Shown here in pieces: positions 12,985-23,874 of a stretch of 64,000 bases of DNA. The DNA lies in assembly GCA_002269645.1 (NCBI GenBank), contig NIVC01003533.1:1-64000 (forward strand), given 5' to 3'. The DNA is from Macrostomum lignano (Eukaryota). The notes beneath the pieces were generated by a model. The model made no database searches and was not told where the DNA came from. It saw nothing but the letters and a program-made list of their open reading frames with translations. The stretch's first letter is position 1. Every line of letters starts with the position of its first letter. The position numbers and the translations under genes were made by a program.

Positions 12985-13500
12985 TTGCTCTCCTCTCATC
13001 TCTCTCATGTCCCTCTCTTCCCTCTCGTCCGTCTCTAATGTCTTCTCTCCTCTCATCTCTCTCATGTCCCTCTCTTCCCTCTCTTCCTTCTCTCATGTCT
13101 CCTCTCCTCTCATCTCTCTCATGCCCCTCTCTTCCCTCTCTTCCGTCTCTCATGTCTCCTCTCCTCTCATCTCTCTCATGTCCCTCTCTTCCCTCTCTTC
13201 CCTTTCTTCCGTCTCTCCCGTCTCTCATGCCTTCCCATCTCCTCTCCCCTCTCCCCTCTCCCGTCTCCCTTCTCTGCTCTCTCCTCTCCCTTCTCTCCTC
13301 TACTTTCTCTCCCCTCTCCCCTCTCCCCTAGCCCTCTCCATTCTCTATTTTCTTTCCTCTACCCTCTCTTCTCTTCCATCTCCCCTCTCCTCTTTCCCCT
13401 CTATCCTCTCCCATCTCTCCTATTTTTCCCTCCTTTCTCTCCCCTTTCCCCTCTCCCTTCTCCCCTCTCCCCATCGCCCTCTATTCTCTGCTTCTCTCCC
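12985..13500. repeat. CT-rich repeat grading into low-complexity sequence
   Basis: Direct reading. Confidence 0.85.
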
Positions 13501-14249
13501 ATCCAAGATAAGAATGACCCAGTTGGATGAGGGGGGAGTCTGGCCAGGATGAAATCAGCCATGATGGGGATTATTATAAGCACAAGCTCGCAGCACACGC
13601 TTGCCCTGAACTGCATGAATAGATAAGCAACGCATATCTGCCCTGTGTATATAAGAAGCCTAATGCATGTACATATTTAGCATGCTTCGCTGAGCCCACA
13701 GACACAGACGCAGACACATTACACGTGCACACCTGGCACAGTAGGGTGATTGGGGATTCTGGCATCTGCTGGTGCCTGTGATGTTGAAAGCGCAATAGCC
13801 CGTGTTAAATTAGACTAGCCAGTCCCGTCCTAGTCCTGCACTGCATTGTCAAGGCCTTCTCTCCGTCAATTATTCCTACTTTGCAACGGCAAAAATCCCC
13901 AAATTGGACCAGAACACATTAACACGTTTTTCTCCTTGTTTTCTATTTTGTTCTGCTACTTGCTTTAGCCTGGAATGAGGGGCCGCTCACGGCAAGTCAT
14001 TAGGATGCGCGGGGCGCGGAACAAATAAAAAATTTTGACAGCTGTGTCCTCGATTGTAGCAACAGTGTTTTACACTAACTGTTGGTATCTTTTTTCTCGT
14101 TTTATAGTCTGGTAGTAAACTGATCGAAGGAAGCCCTGAACGAGTGCGCCCTGTTTTTAATATAGCGCGTGGCCCTCAAAAGGGCCGTTTTCAACTCCGG
14201 CCTGCTTTTATGTGAGACAGGAGTGTCCGGCTCACTCATCTTAGATATG

Positions 14250-14780
14250 GGGTTCGATTCCCAGGATTTGGGCTCGATTCCTAGTACCTGGGTTCGATTC
14301 CTAGTACCTGGGTTCGATTCCTAGGACCTGGGTTCGATTCCTAGGACCTGGGTTCGATTCCTAGGACCTGGGTTCGATTCCTAGGATCCGCGTTCGATTC
14401 CTAGGACCTGGGTTCGATTCCTAGGACCCGGGTTCGATTCCTAGGACCTGGGTTTGATTCCTAGGACCCGGGTTCGATTCCTAGGACCTGGGTTCGATTT
14501 CTAGGACCTGAGTTTGATTCCTAGGACCCGGGTTCGATTCCTAGGACCTGGGTTTGATTCCTAGGATCCGCGTTCGATTCCTATTACCCGGGTTCGATTC
14601 CTAGGACCCGAGTTCGATTCCTAGGACCCGAGTTCGATTCCTAGGACCCGAGTTCGATTCCTAGGACCCAAGTTCGATTCCTAGGACTCGGGTTCGATTC
14701 CTAGGACCCGAGTTCGATTACTAGGACCCGGGTTCGATTACTAGGACCCGGGTTCGATTCCTAGGACCCGGGTTCGATTC
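14250..14780 (+). repeat. 20-nt tandem array, 27 copies, each containing a tRNA T-arm / Pol III B-box (GGTTCGATTCC)
   Basis: Unit CCYGGGTTCGATTCCTAGGA; the B-box recurs at exactly 20-nt spacing from 14251 to 14771. Confidence 0.9.
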
Positions 14781-15010
14781 CGTTCGTGGCCACGATAGTT
14801 CGGGGCTTGTGAGGATCTCGCCTGTAAGAGCCAACCCTCAATTGGCACAGAGTGTACACCTCCTGGCGATAAGAAAGTCTGTCTTCCTGGCTGTACACCC
14901 TGTGTAAGTGTGTGCGTGCTCAAGGATCGGCGGAAATGGCATGACTGCTTCTCTTCTCCCTGGCTGCGCATTGCCTTATTTAAACATAAAATCCCGCATC
15001 ATCCCGCCAG

Positions 15011-15170
15011 TGGGCACCCTGCCGGAGATTCCAACCAGCGCCATTATCGTCGTTGGCGCCGGTTGCGCCGCGCTAATCCTGGTGCTCTGCTCTGTGCTGG
15101 CCTATTTCTGCTGCAAAAAGCCGACGCAGTACAAAGAGATGGAGGGCCGCCGACCGGCTTCGGCTGGACA
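15011..15170 (+). CDS. Ig-FN3 receptor transmembrane exon
   Basis: AIIVVGAGCAALILVLCSVLAYFCC followed by KK stop-transfer residues; cgccag acceptor, gtgagt donor; phase 1 matches the 4451 donor. Confidence 0.85.
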
Positions 15171-15284
15171 GTGAGTGACTGCTTTGATATTTTTCTTTTA
15201 CTTTGCTTGTCTATATCAAATTCACAGGTAGGGGGACAGCAAATATTGAATATTTGACCTTTATTGTCATCACCGACCAACCTT

Positions 15285-16010
15285 TCACCCACCCACTCCC
15301 TGTCCCTCGCTTCTACACCCACCCACTCCCTGTCCCTCATTCCTAAACCCACCCCACTCCCTGTCCCTCATTCCTAAACCCACCCCACTCCCTGTCCCTC
15401 ATTCCTAAACCCACCCCACTCCCTGTCCCTCATTCCTAAACCCACCCCACTCCCTGTCCCTCATTCCTAAACCCACTCCCTGTCCCTCATTCCTAAACCC
15501 ACCCCACTCCCTGTCCCTCATTCCTAAACCCACCTCACTCCCCGTCCCTCATTCCTAAACCCACCCCACTCCCTGTCCCCCATTCCTAAACCCACTCCAC
15601 TCCCTGTCCCTCATTCCTAAACCCACCTCACTCCCTGTCCCACATTCCTAAACCCACCCCACTCCCTGTCCCTCATTCCTAAACCCACCTCACTCCCCGT
15701 CCCTCATTCCTAAACCCACCCCACTCCCTGTCCCTCATTCCTAAACCCACCTCACTCCCGTCCCTTATTCCTAAACCCACCCCACTCCCTGTCCCTCATT
15801 CCTAAACCCACCTCACTCCCCGTCCCTCATTCCTAAACCCACCCCACTCCCTCTCTCTCATTCCTACACCCACCCCACTCCCTCTCTCTCATTCCTACAC
15901 CCACCCCACTCCCTCTCTCTCATTCCTACACCCACCCCACTCCCTCTCCCTCATTCCTACACCCACCTCACTCCCTGTCCCTCATTCCTACACCCACCCC
16001 ACTCCATGTC
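15285..16010. repeat. About 31-nt minisatellite (CCCACCCCACTCCCTGTCCCTCATTCCTAAA)
   Basis: Tandem repetition. Confidence 0.95.
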
Positions 16011-16059
16011 CCTCGCTCTAACGCACTCATTCTTCGCCCTTAGATTGTCACTACCGCAG

Positions 16060-16125
16060 CAGCACAAAAATGCACCTAAACTACACAGATGCTCGGAACA
16101 AAACCAGCACGGAAAGCCTGAATCC
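16060..16125 (+). CDS. Possible symmetric (phase 2-2) cytoplasmic cassette exon
   Basis: 66 nt, reads HSTKMHLNYTDARNKTSTESLN; the donor GTTAAT is weak. Confidence 0.35.
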
Positions 16126-16959
16126 GTTAATTAAACTGTTTAGGCAAGCAAAGAAACCGTGGCGGTTCGCACATCTTACTAGGTGATCAGCAGATTTTCA
16201 TGCTTATCTGCATCAGCATCGTAAGTGCTGAATAATAAGGCAGATGTGGGAGGGAGAACACTAACACTCGAGAATCTCTCGAGCGAGCATCGAGAGAGAC
16301 GCCCAAAAATCTGGGTAGGCAAGGCCGCTTCCAGCTGCGAGCCGGCCTACCCCGGACCCCCGTGCTGGGCCTAGACAGCTCAAGGCTAACTCGATGATGC
16401 AACAGCGATCCCAGGACAAGAGGGATTCGGATAGAGATCCCCGCCTGGAATATCGAATTTCTCCGTTTCCTGCCTTCGAGAAGGCGGCTGAGGATTGCGT
16501 AACATTCGTCAGTAGCGCGACTCAAACTGATGAAGGAGGCTGGAAGGCGGCTGCGAAGATTATCACCGCTGCAACGATGGGGTTGCGCTTAGTTTTCCGG
16601 CGCGATCTCGAGTCAGTTTAGCGAGATGCAGATCTCAAGCAGGGCCCGCGCATCCCCTCGAGTCACAAGCTCATCGAAATTCCCAAATTTCTCTCTGTCG
16701 GCCGCCTGTCTGCACCAGATCAAATCTGTCAGAGACGATTTTCTCATCAACATCACGATTGAGCCAGGAGAGGAGCATAGGAAATGGAATATATTGACTT
16801 GCATAGGAGGCTTAGGCTTAGCCTTAGAGGGTGTTAGAGGCTCAGAAATACCTGAAATCTCAACTCTACGTCAGCAAAGATGAGACTGATGCGTAATCAT
16901 GAGAAGCTTCTGAGCACAGAGACAGATAAACAAGTTCAAATAGGCCAATTGATATTGGA

Positions 16960-18245
16960 TAGTCTTTGGCCTCACAATACAGCACAATCCAAATAGTCTG
17001 TGGCCTCACACTACAGCACAATCCAAATAGTCTATGGCCTCACACTACAGCACAATCCAAATAGTCTATGGCCTCACACTACAGCACAATCCAAATAGTC
17101 TATGGCCTCACACTACAGCACAATCCAAATAGTCTATGGCCTCACACTACAGCACAATCCAAATAGTCTATGGCCTCACACTACAGCACAATCCAAATAG
17201 TCTATGGCCTCGCACTACAGCACAATCCAAATAGTCTATGGCCTCACACTACAGCACAATCCAAATAGTCTATGGCCTCACACTACAGCACAATCCAAAT
17301 ACTCTGTGGCCTCACACTACAGCACAATCCAAATAGTCTATGGCCTCACACTACAGCACAATCCAAATAGTCTATGGCCTCACACTACAGCACAATCCAA
17401 ATAGTCTATGGCCTCACACTACAGCACAATCCAAATAGTCTGTGGCCTCACACTACAGCACAATCCAAATAGTCTATGGCCTCACACTACAGCACAATCC
17501 AAATAGTCTATGGCCTCACACTACAGCACAATCCAAATAGTCTATGGCCTCACACTACAGCACAATCCAAATAGTCTATGGCCTCACACTACAGCACAAT
17601 CCAAATAGTCTATGGCCTCACACTACAGCACAATCCAAATAGTCTATGGCCTCGCACTACAGCACAATCCAAATAGTCTATGGCCTCACACTACAGCACA
17701 ATCCAAATAGTCTATGGCCTCACACTACAGCACAATCCAAATACTCTGTGGCCTCACACTACAGCACAATCCAAATAGTCTATGGCCTCACACTACAGCA
17801 CAATCCAAATAGTCTATGGCCTCACACTACAGCACAATCCAAATAGTCTATGGCCTCACACTACAGCACAATCCAAATAGTCTATGGCCTCACACTACAG
17901 CACAATCCAAATAGTCTATGGCCTCACACTACAGCACAATCCAAATAGTCTATGGCCTCACACTACAGCACAATCCAAATAGTCTGTGGCCTCACACTAC
18001 AGCACAATCCAAATAGTCTATGGCCTCACACTACAGCACAATCCAAATAGTCTATGGCCTCACACTACAGCACAATCCAAATAGTCTATGGCCTCACACT
18101 ACAGCACAATCCAAATAGTCTGTGGCCTCACACTACAGCACAATCCAAATAGTCTGTGGCCTCACACTACAGCACAATCCAAATAGTCTATGGCCTCACA
18201 CTACAGCACAATCCAAATAGTCTATGGCCTCACACTACAGCACAA
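16960..18245. repeat. 34-nt minisatellite, about 38 copies
   Basis: GTCTATGGCCTCACACTACAGCACAATCCAAATA repeated. Confidence 0.95.
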
Positions 18246-18259
18246 CCCATTCTTTACAG

Positions 18260-18519
18260 TCATCGGCCGGCTTTCAGTGCTGAAGCTGCCGCCGCCGCGG
18301 TGCCCCAGTATCAGACATCCGACGGCAAGCCCTACGCCTTGGTACCGCCGCATCCGCCTTCGTCTACAACATCCGCATCATTGGCTGGCCCGGAAGGCAA
18401 GCCGCTGGACTCGCGTCGTAGCTCGATGCAGAAGGAGGAGCTGGTTGTCATGGAAAACAGTGCGGATAGGCGAAGCACTGTGTTTGCTACGCTGCGCAGT
18501 GCTCATAACCCACTGGAAT
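18260..18519 (+). CDS. Ig-FN3 receptor cytoplasmic exon
   Basis: tctttacag acceptor, gtgagt donor; low-complexity tail containing DGKPYALVPP; phase 2-1. Confidence 0.8.
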
Positions 18520-18661
18520 GTGAGTCTTGGGACTCAACTGACAGATAACTTGCTTAAAAATAGTATACTTTATTTATTCCGACTCTTCACTTATTTTATA
18601 CCACACTATACCACTGCAAGTAGGCTAAGATAACATTAGCAATGTTTTATTTTATTTTCAG

Positions 18662-18724
18662 CGTCAACATCAAATCCGGCCATCTTTAGCTATGCGCCTG
18701 AAGATTTCGCCGATGATAACAGAA
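18662..18724 (+). CDS. Ig-FN3 receptor cytoplasmic exon
   Basis: ttttcag acceptor, gtgagt donor; STSNPAIFSYAPEDFADDNR; phase 1-1. Confidence 0.75.
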
Positions 18725-18734
18725 GTGAGTTTTG

Positions 18735-18940
18735 ATTGGGGCTGAGGCCTGTGTGGGGACTAGGAGTTCGGGGCTAAGGCCTATGTGGGGACTAGGAGTT
18801 CGGGGCTGAGGCCTGTGTGGGGACTAGGAGTTCAGGGCTGAGGCCTGTGTGGGGACTAGGAGTTCGGGGCTGAGGCCTGTGTGGGGACTAGGAGTTCGGG
18901 GCTGAGGCCTGTGTGGGGACTAGGAGTTCGGGGCTGAGTC
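18735..18940. repeat. 32-nt minisatellite
   Basis: GGGGCTGAGGCCTGTGTGGGGACTAGGAGTTC, about 6 copies. Confidence 0.9.
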
Positions 18941-19081
18941 ATACTGGGGACTTCTTCTAGGGAACAATGAGGAGTTCAGGCCCCTTATTCCTACACTATT
19001 TTAAATTAAAACTGCAAAGTAGCTGATTTTTTATATTCGTGAAAAATCAACTTACATTTTTTATCTTGCCCAACCCGGCAG

Positions 19082-19154
19082 ACACAGACCCATACGGATT
19101 CGAGGGTCACTACCAGAGCCGAAAAAAGCGAATTGTCTACGAAGTCGTGGTCTG
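19082..19154 (+). CDS. Probable terminal exon ending RKKRIVYEVVV* (echinoid-like PDZ-binding tail)
   Basis: Pyrimidine tract plus cag acceptor; EVVV resembles the EIIV terminus of Drosophila Echinoid; phase is off by one relative to the 18724 donor. Confidence 0.6.
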
Positions 19155-20049
19155 AGGCCTTCGAATCAACCACGATGCCCAAACGCCCATCCATTATCGA
19201 CAACATGTCGGTGTCTCCATTTTTCTATCAACTGTCACTATTTTTACCCCAAAAATAAGTCGGATGATTTTCCGACTTTCCAATTAAAGTAGGCTACAAA
19301 GATTTTTAACTTGATTTTTGTACAACATTGCTTATCTACATACATAAATGCACAGGAAGGCTTACAACTTGAATATAATGATAGAAATTATTTGTAATTT
19401 ACGGTGCTGTTGCAATCCCTAATTAAATTCAAGCGCACCTGTTGTTATTATAAATTCAATGTTCTCACGAAACTACTTGCAATAGCTGGAATGATTATTA
19501 TTATTTTGACTTCTGCAGCTCTTCAAGCTCGCAAGTTTGGGTTGTCCCCGACGTTCTGTTTTCTGAAACCCCAAGTGCTCAAATTGGAAAGGGCGGAGAC
19601 CTAAAAGGAAGTTTTTAATCGCAACACTCACAGTTGTCTCTGGTCACCTCGATTTTACTCTTTCTTTTATAAATAGCAATAAGTTTTTCTATGTTATTGT
19701 CGCTTGCCTCATTTTCGAACTGATTTTGTACATTAATAAATAAATTTGGCAAGATATGCTACTCATATAGTACTATATTGCTTACAAAAGTATAGCAGTA
19801 CAACGTTTTACGCAGATTTGAATTAAAAACGTTTAAAAACTTTGAGAATATTTATCGCCTCTTTTCATCTATATAACCAATCAGTCATTGTACGAGCTAC
19901 ACTTAACTTGCAATCGGTTAGTTATGATATGCCACGATATACAAAACAGTCTACTATTGCTTTTCCGGCGGTGCAGAGCTGATGGACCTATATAACAGCT
20001 GACAGAACCAGCTGACAGAACGTTTTTATCATGCTTACACAACCAACCT

Positions 20050-20225
20050 TATTCTCTGCCCACACAACCCCACCCCATGCAGCCAACCTCACACCCTGCC
20101 ATAAAGCCCTACCCCATGCAGCCAACCTCACACTCTGCCATAAAACCCCTCCCCATGCAGCCAACCTCACACTCTGCCATAAAACCCCTCCCCATGCAGC
20201 CAACCTCCTCACTCCATGCCCCAAC
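20050..20225. repeat. 39-nt tandem repeat, about 4 copies
   Basis: CCCCATGCAGCCAACCTCAC core recurs at 39-nt spacing. Confidence 0.85.
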
Positions 20226-20522
20226 ACCCTCCCCCTAAAGACCACCTCATCTGATTGGCTGTCGATTTTATTTGGTGTTTCAATTGGATGTACACCTCCG
20301 AACGTGCAGCAGTTATAGCTCCTTCCTCACTGTACCAGAGCCTAATTAGGAGAGGTCTTTTATAACAAAAAGGCTTTTGCCGACATGTCTATCTGCCTGG
20401 CTAATCCTTTGCCCAATAAATAAATAAATAAGTTCCATTTAAATAATAGACAGAACTCAGTCAGACATGCATTATTAAAAAATAAGCACCCTCTTACTCT
20501 GTTCCATATTACTTGATTAACA

Positions 20523-23405
20523 ATGCCCACCGTAATAGTACTACCAGCTATCATTATTGCTCTTGTGCTCACGGTTAGTAATGCAGCTCCTTTGTCGCTA
20601 AGAACTGGAGAGCAGCAGGAGCCTCGGCGCTGCCCATCCTTGATAGCTTGCTCGGCCGGCATGCGAGCGCTCTGGTTGTCTGACCCGGACGCTCCCGGTT
20701 GTCCGTTCCGGCTGTGCCTGCTGCCAGCCGACCCGTCTAGCCTCGATTCGATCGATCTCTCTCTGTCTAGATGCCCGCCAGCCGTGCTGACGTCCAACTG
20801 CTACGGCTGGCAAGCGACTGATCCAGCTGTACGCTGGACAGATCCGAGCGGCTGCCCGAAGCTCAACTGTACAGGCGGCGACGCCAGTGGCCCTTCCTGT
20901 CCCGGCTTGGAGACCTGCGCACCTGGCGAGCAATTGGAAACCTGGATTGACTCGGTCAGCGGCTGTCCTACAGGCCAGTGCGTTGAGATTTTCGCTGCCG
21001 CTACTAGCGACCAGGATTCGACAACAGTTACGAAAACTTCCTCTCCCGATGGTGCAAACGAAGCTGAAGAAATATCAACAGTGTTTTACGGAGTGACTTT
21101 TTCAGGGATGTTAAACTACCAACAGACCGAAGCGCCTCCAACCGAAGGCAGCCAGACAACGACCACTGAGACAACAATTTCTGCTGAAATATCCGATTTT
21201 GTATCGATGGCCGCTCAAAAGGACCAACCAGCTGAATCGGCAACAGCTCCAGCTGACCAGCAGGCTGAATCGGGGACAAATCCAGCTGACCAGTCTGCTG
21301 AATCGGTGACAACTCCAGCTGACCAGTCAGCCGAATCGGTGACAACTCCAGCTGACCAGTCAGATGAATCGGTGACAACTCCAGCTGACCAGTCAGCTGA
21401 ATCGGTGTCAACTCCAGCTGACCAGTCAGCTGAATCGGTGTCAACTCCAGCTGACCAGTCAGCCGAATCAGTGACAACTCCAGCTGACCAGTCAGCCGAA
21501 TCAGTGACAACTCCAGCTGACCAGTCAGCTGAATCGGTGTCAACTCCAGCTGACCAGTTAGATGAATCAGTGACAACTCCAGCTGACCAGTTAGATGAAT
21601 CAGTGACAACTCCAGCTGACCAGTCTGCTGAATCGGGGACAACTCCAGCTGACCAGTCTGCTGAATCGGTGTCAACTCCAGCTGACCAGTCAGCCGAATC
21701 AGTGACAACTCCAGCTGACCAGTCTGCTGAATCGGTGTCAACTCCAGCTGACCAGTTAGATGAATCAGTGACAACTCCAGCTGACCAGTTAGATGAATCA
21801 GTGACAACTCCAGCTGACCAGTCTGCTGAATCGGGGACAACTCCAGCTGACCAGTCTGCTGAATCGGTGTCAACTCCAGCTGACCAGCCAGCTGAATCGG
21901 TGACAACTCCAGCTGACCAGTCTGCTGAATCGGGGACAAATCCAGCTGACCAGTCTGCTGAATCAGTGACAACTCCAGCTGACCAGTCAGCCGAATCAGT
22001 GACAACTCCAGCTGACCAGTCAGCTGAATCGGTGTCAACTCCAGCTGACCAGTTAGATGAATCAGTGACAACTCCAGCTGACCAGTTAGATGAATCAGTG
22101 ACAACTCCAGCTGACCAGTCTGCTGAATCGGGGACAACTCCAGCTGACCAGTCTGCTGAATCGGTGTCAACTCCAGCTGACCAGTCAGCCGAATCAGTGA
22201 CAACTCCAGCTGACCAGTCAGCCGAATCAGTGACAACTCCAGCTGACCAGTCAGCTGAATCGGTGTCAACTCCAGCTGACCAGTTAGATGAATCAGTGAC
22301 AACTCCAGCTGACCAGTTAGATGAATCAGTGACAACTCCAGCTGACCAGTCTGCTGAATCGGGGACAACTCCAGCTGACCAGTCTGCTGAATCGGTGTCA
22401 ACTCCAGCTGACCAGCCAGCTGAATCGGTGACAACTCCAGCTGACCAGTCTGCTGAATCGGGGACAAATCCAGCTGACCAGTCTGCTGAATCGGGGACAA
22501 CTCCAGCTGACCAGTCAGCCGAATCGGTGGCAACTCCAGCTGACCAGTCTGCTGAATCGGTGACAACTCCAGCTGACCAGTCTGCTGAATCGGTGTCAAC
22601 TCCAGCTGACCAGTCAGATGAATCGGGGACAACTCCAGCTGACCAGTCAGATGAATCGGTGACAACTCCAGCTGACCAGTCAGCCGAATCAGTGACAACT
22701 CTAGCTGACCAGTCTGCTGAATCGGGGACAACTCCAGCTGACCAGTCAGATGAATCGGTGACAACTCCAGCTGACCAGTCAGATGAATCGGGGACAACTC
22801 CAGCTGACCAGTCAGATGAATCGGTGACAACTTCAGCTGACCAGTCAGCCGAATCAGTGACAACTCTAGCTGACCAGTCTGCTGAATCGGGGACAACTCC
22901 AGCTGACCAGTTAGCCGAATCAGTGACAACTCCAGCTGACCAGTCTGCTGAATCGGTGACAACTCCAGCTGACCAGTCTGCTGAATCGGTGTCAACTCCA
23001 GCTGACCAGTCAGATGAATCGGGGACAACTCCAGCTGACCAGTCAGATGAATCGGTGACAACTCCAGCTGACCAGTCAGCCGAATCAGTGACAACTCTAG
23101 CTGACCAGTCTGCTGAATCGGGGACAACTCCAGCTGACCAGTTAGCCGAATCAGTGACAACTCCAGCTGACCAGTCAGCCGAATCAGTGACAACTCCAGC
23201 TGACCAGTCAGCCGAATCAGTGACAACTCCAGCTGACCAGTCAGCCGAATCAGTGTCAACTCCAGCTGACCAGTCAGCTGAATCGGTGTCAACTCCAGCT
23301 GACCAGTCTGCTGAATCGGGGACAACTCCAGCTGACCAATCTGCTGAATCGGGGACAACTCCAGCTGACCAATCTGCTGAATCGGGGACGACTCTAACGA
23401 TTTAA
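20523..23405 (+). CDS. Secreted mucin-like acidic repeat protein (960 aa): signal peptide, three Cys-rich repeats, about 66 x 11-aa ADQSAESVTTP repeats
   Basis: ATG start, hydrophobic leader ending VSNA, uninterrupted ORF, AATAAA at 23797. Confidence 0.85.
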   Translation: MPTVIVLPAIIIALVLTVSNAAPLSLRTGEQQEPRRCPSLIACSAGMRALWLSDPDAPGCPFRLCLLPADPSSLDSIDLSLSRCPPAVLTSNCYGWQATDPAVRWTDPSGCPKLNCTGGDASGPSCPGLETCAPGEQLETWIDSVSGCPTGQCVEIFAAATSDQDSTTVTKTSSPDGANEAEEISTVFYGVTFSGMLNYQQTEAPPTEGSQTTTTETTISAEISDFVSMAAQKDQPAESATAPADQQAESGTNPADQSAESVTTPADQSAESVTTPADQSDESVTTPADQSAESVSTPADQSAESVSTPADQSAESVTTPADQSAESVTTPADQSAESVSTPADQLDESVTTPADQLDESVTTPADQSAESGTTPADQSAESVSTPADQSAESVTTPADQSAESVSTPADQLDESVTTPADQLDESVTTPADQSAESGTTPADQSAESVSTPADQPAESVTTPADQSAESGTNPADQSAESVTTPADQSAESVTTPADQSAESVSTPADQLDESVTTPADQLDESVTTPADQSAESGTTPADQSAESVSTPADQSAESVTTPADQSAESVTTPADQSAESVSTPADQLDESVTTPADQLDESVTTPADQSAESGTTPADQSAESVSTPADQPAESVTTPADQSAESGTNPADQSAESGTTPADQSAESVATPADQSAESVTTPADQSAESVSTPADQSDESGTTPADQSDESVTTPADQSAESVTTLADQSAESGTTPADQSDESVTTPADQSDESGTTPADQSDESVTTSADQSAESVTTLADQSAESGTTPADQLAESVTTPADQSAESVTTPADQSAESVSTPADQSDESGTTPADQSDESVTTPADQSAESVTTLADQSAESGTTPADQLAESVTTPADQSAESVTTPADQSAESVTTPADQSAESVSTPADQSAESVSTPADQSAESGTTPADQSAESGTTPADQSAESGTTLTI

Positions 23406-23874
23406 AAAGTGATTTTTTCTCATAAAAATGGCATTATTGAAGTCGTACCTTTCAATTTTGCAATTCGATCGATCCATTCGTTAGTTAGTTTGTTTAGTGT
23501 CGTTTACTGTCGTAATTTCATATTTGTAACAACTTTATGTTCTATTGATATATAATCTCCGTTAAAAAAAGAAAAAATGTTTCCTTTAGGCAATAATGAC
23601 TCGCTTGACAGTGGTGCGCTCGTAGAATTAAGTCTGACGTTTTGAAAGTGGCGCGTCAACTTTGTCAATTGCTTTATTACACTGTCGTTTGAAAGACTGG
23701 CATCCAATTCAATCTCAATTCATATACCTTCAATTTCGCATTAAGTCTTTTGTGAATGCGATTGCTTCTTCTGTGAGTATTTTCGTGCCTTCAATCAATA
23801 AAGAATCATAAAACAGTTTAGTTTAGGGATGTGAACTATGAAGATTAGGTCAAGACAAAGAAACTTTATGAATT

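Noticed and set aside
21028-23358. 776-aa antisense ORF opposite the repeat protein
   Set aside because: Shadow of the 33-nt coding repeat; no signal peptide or unique domain
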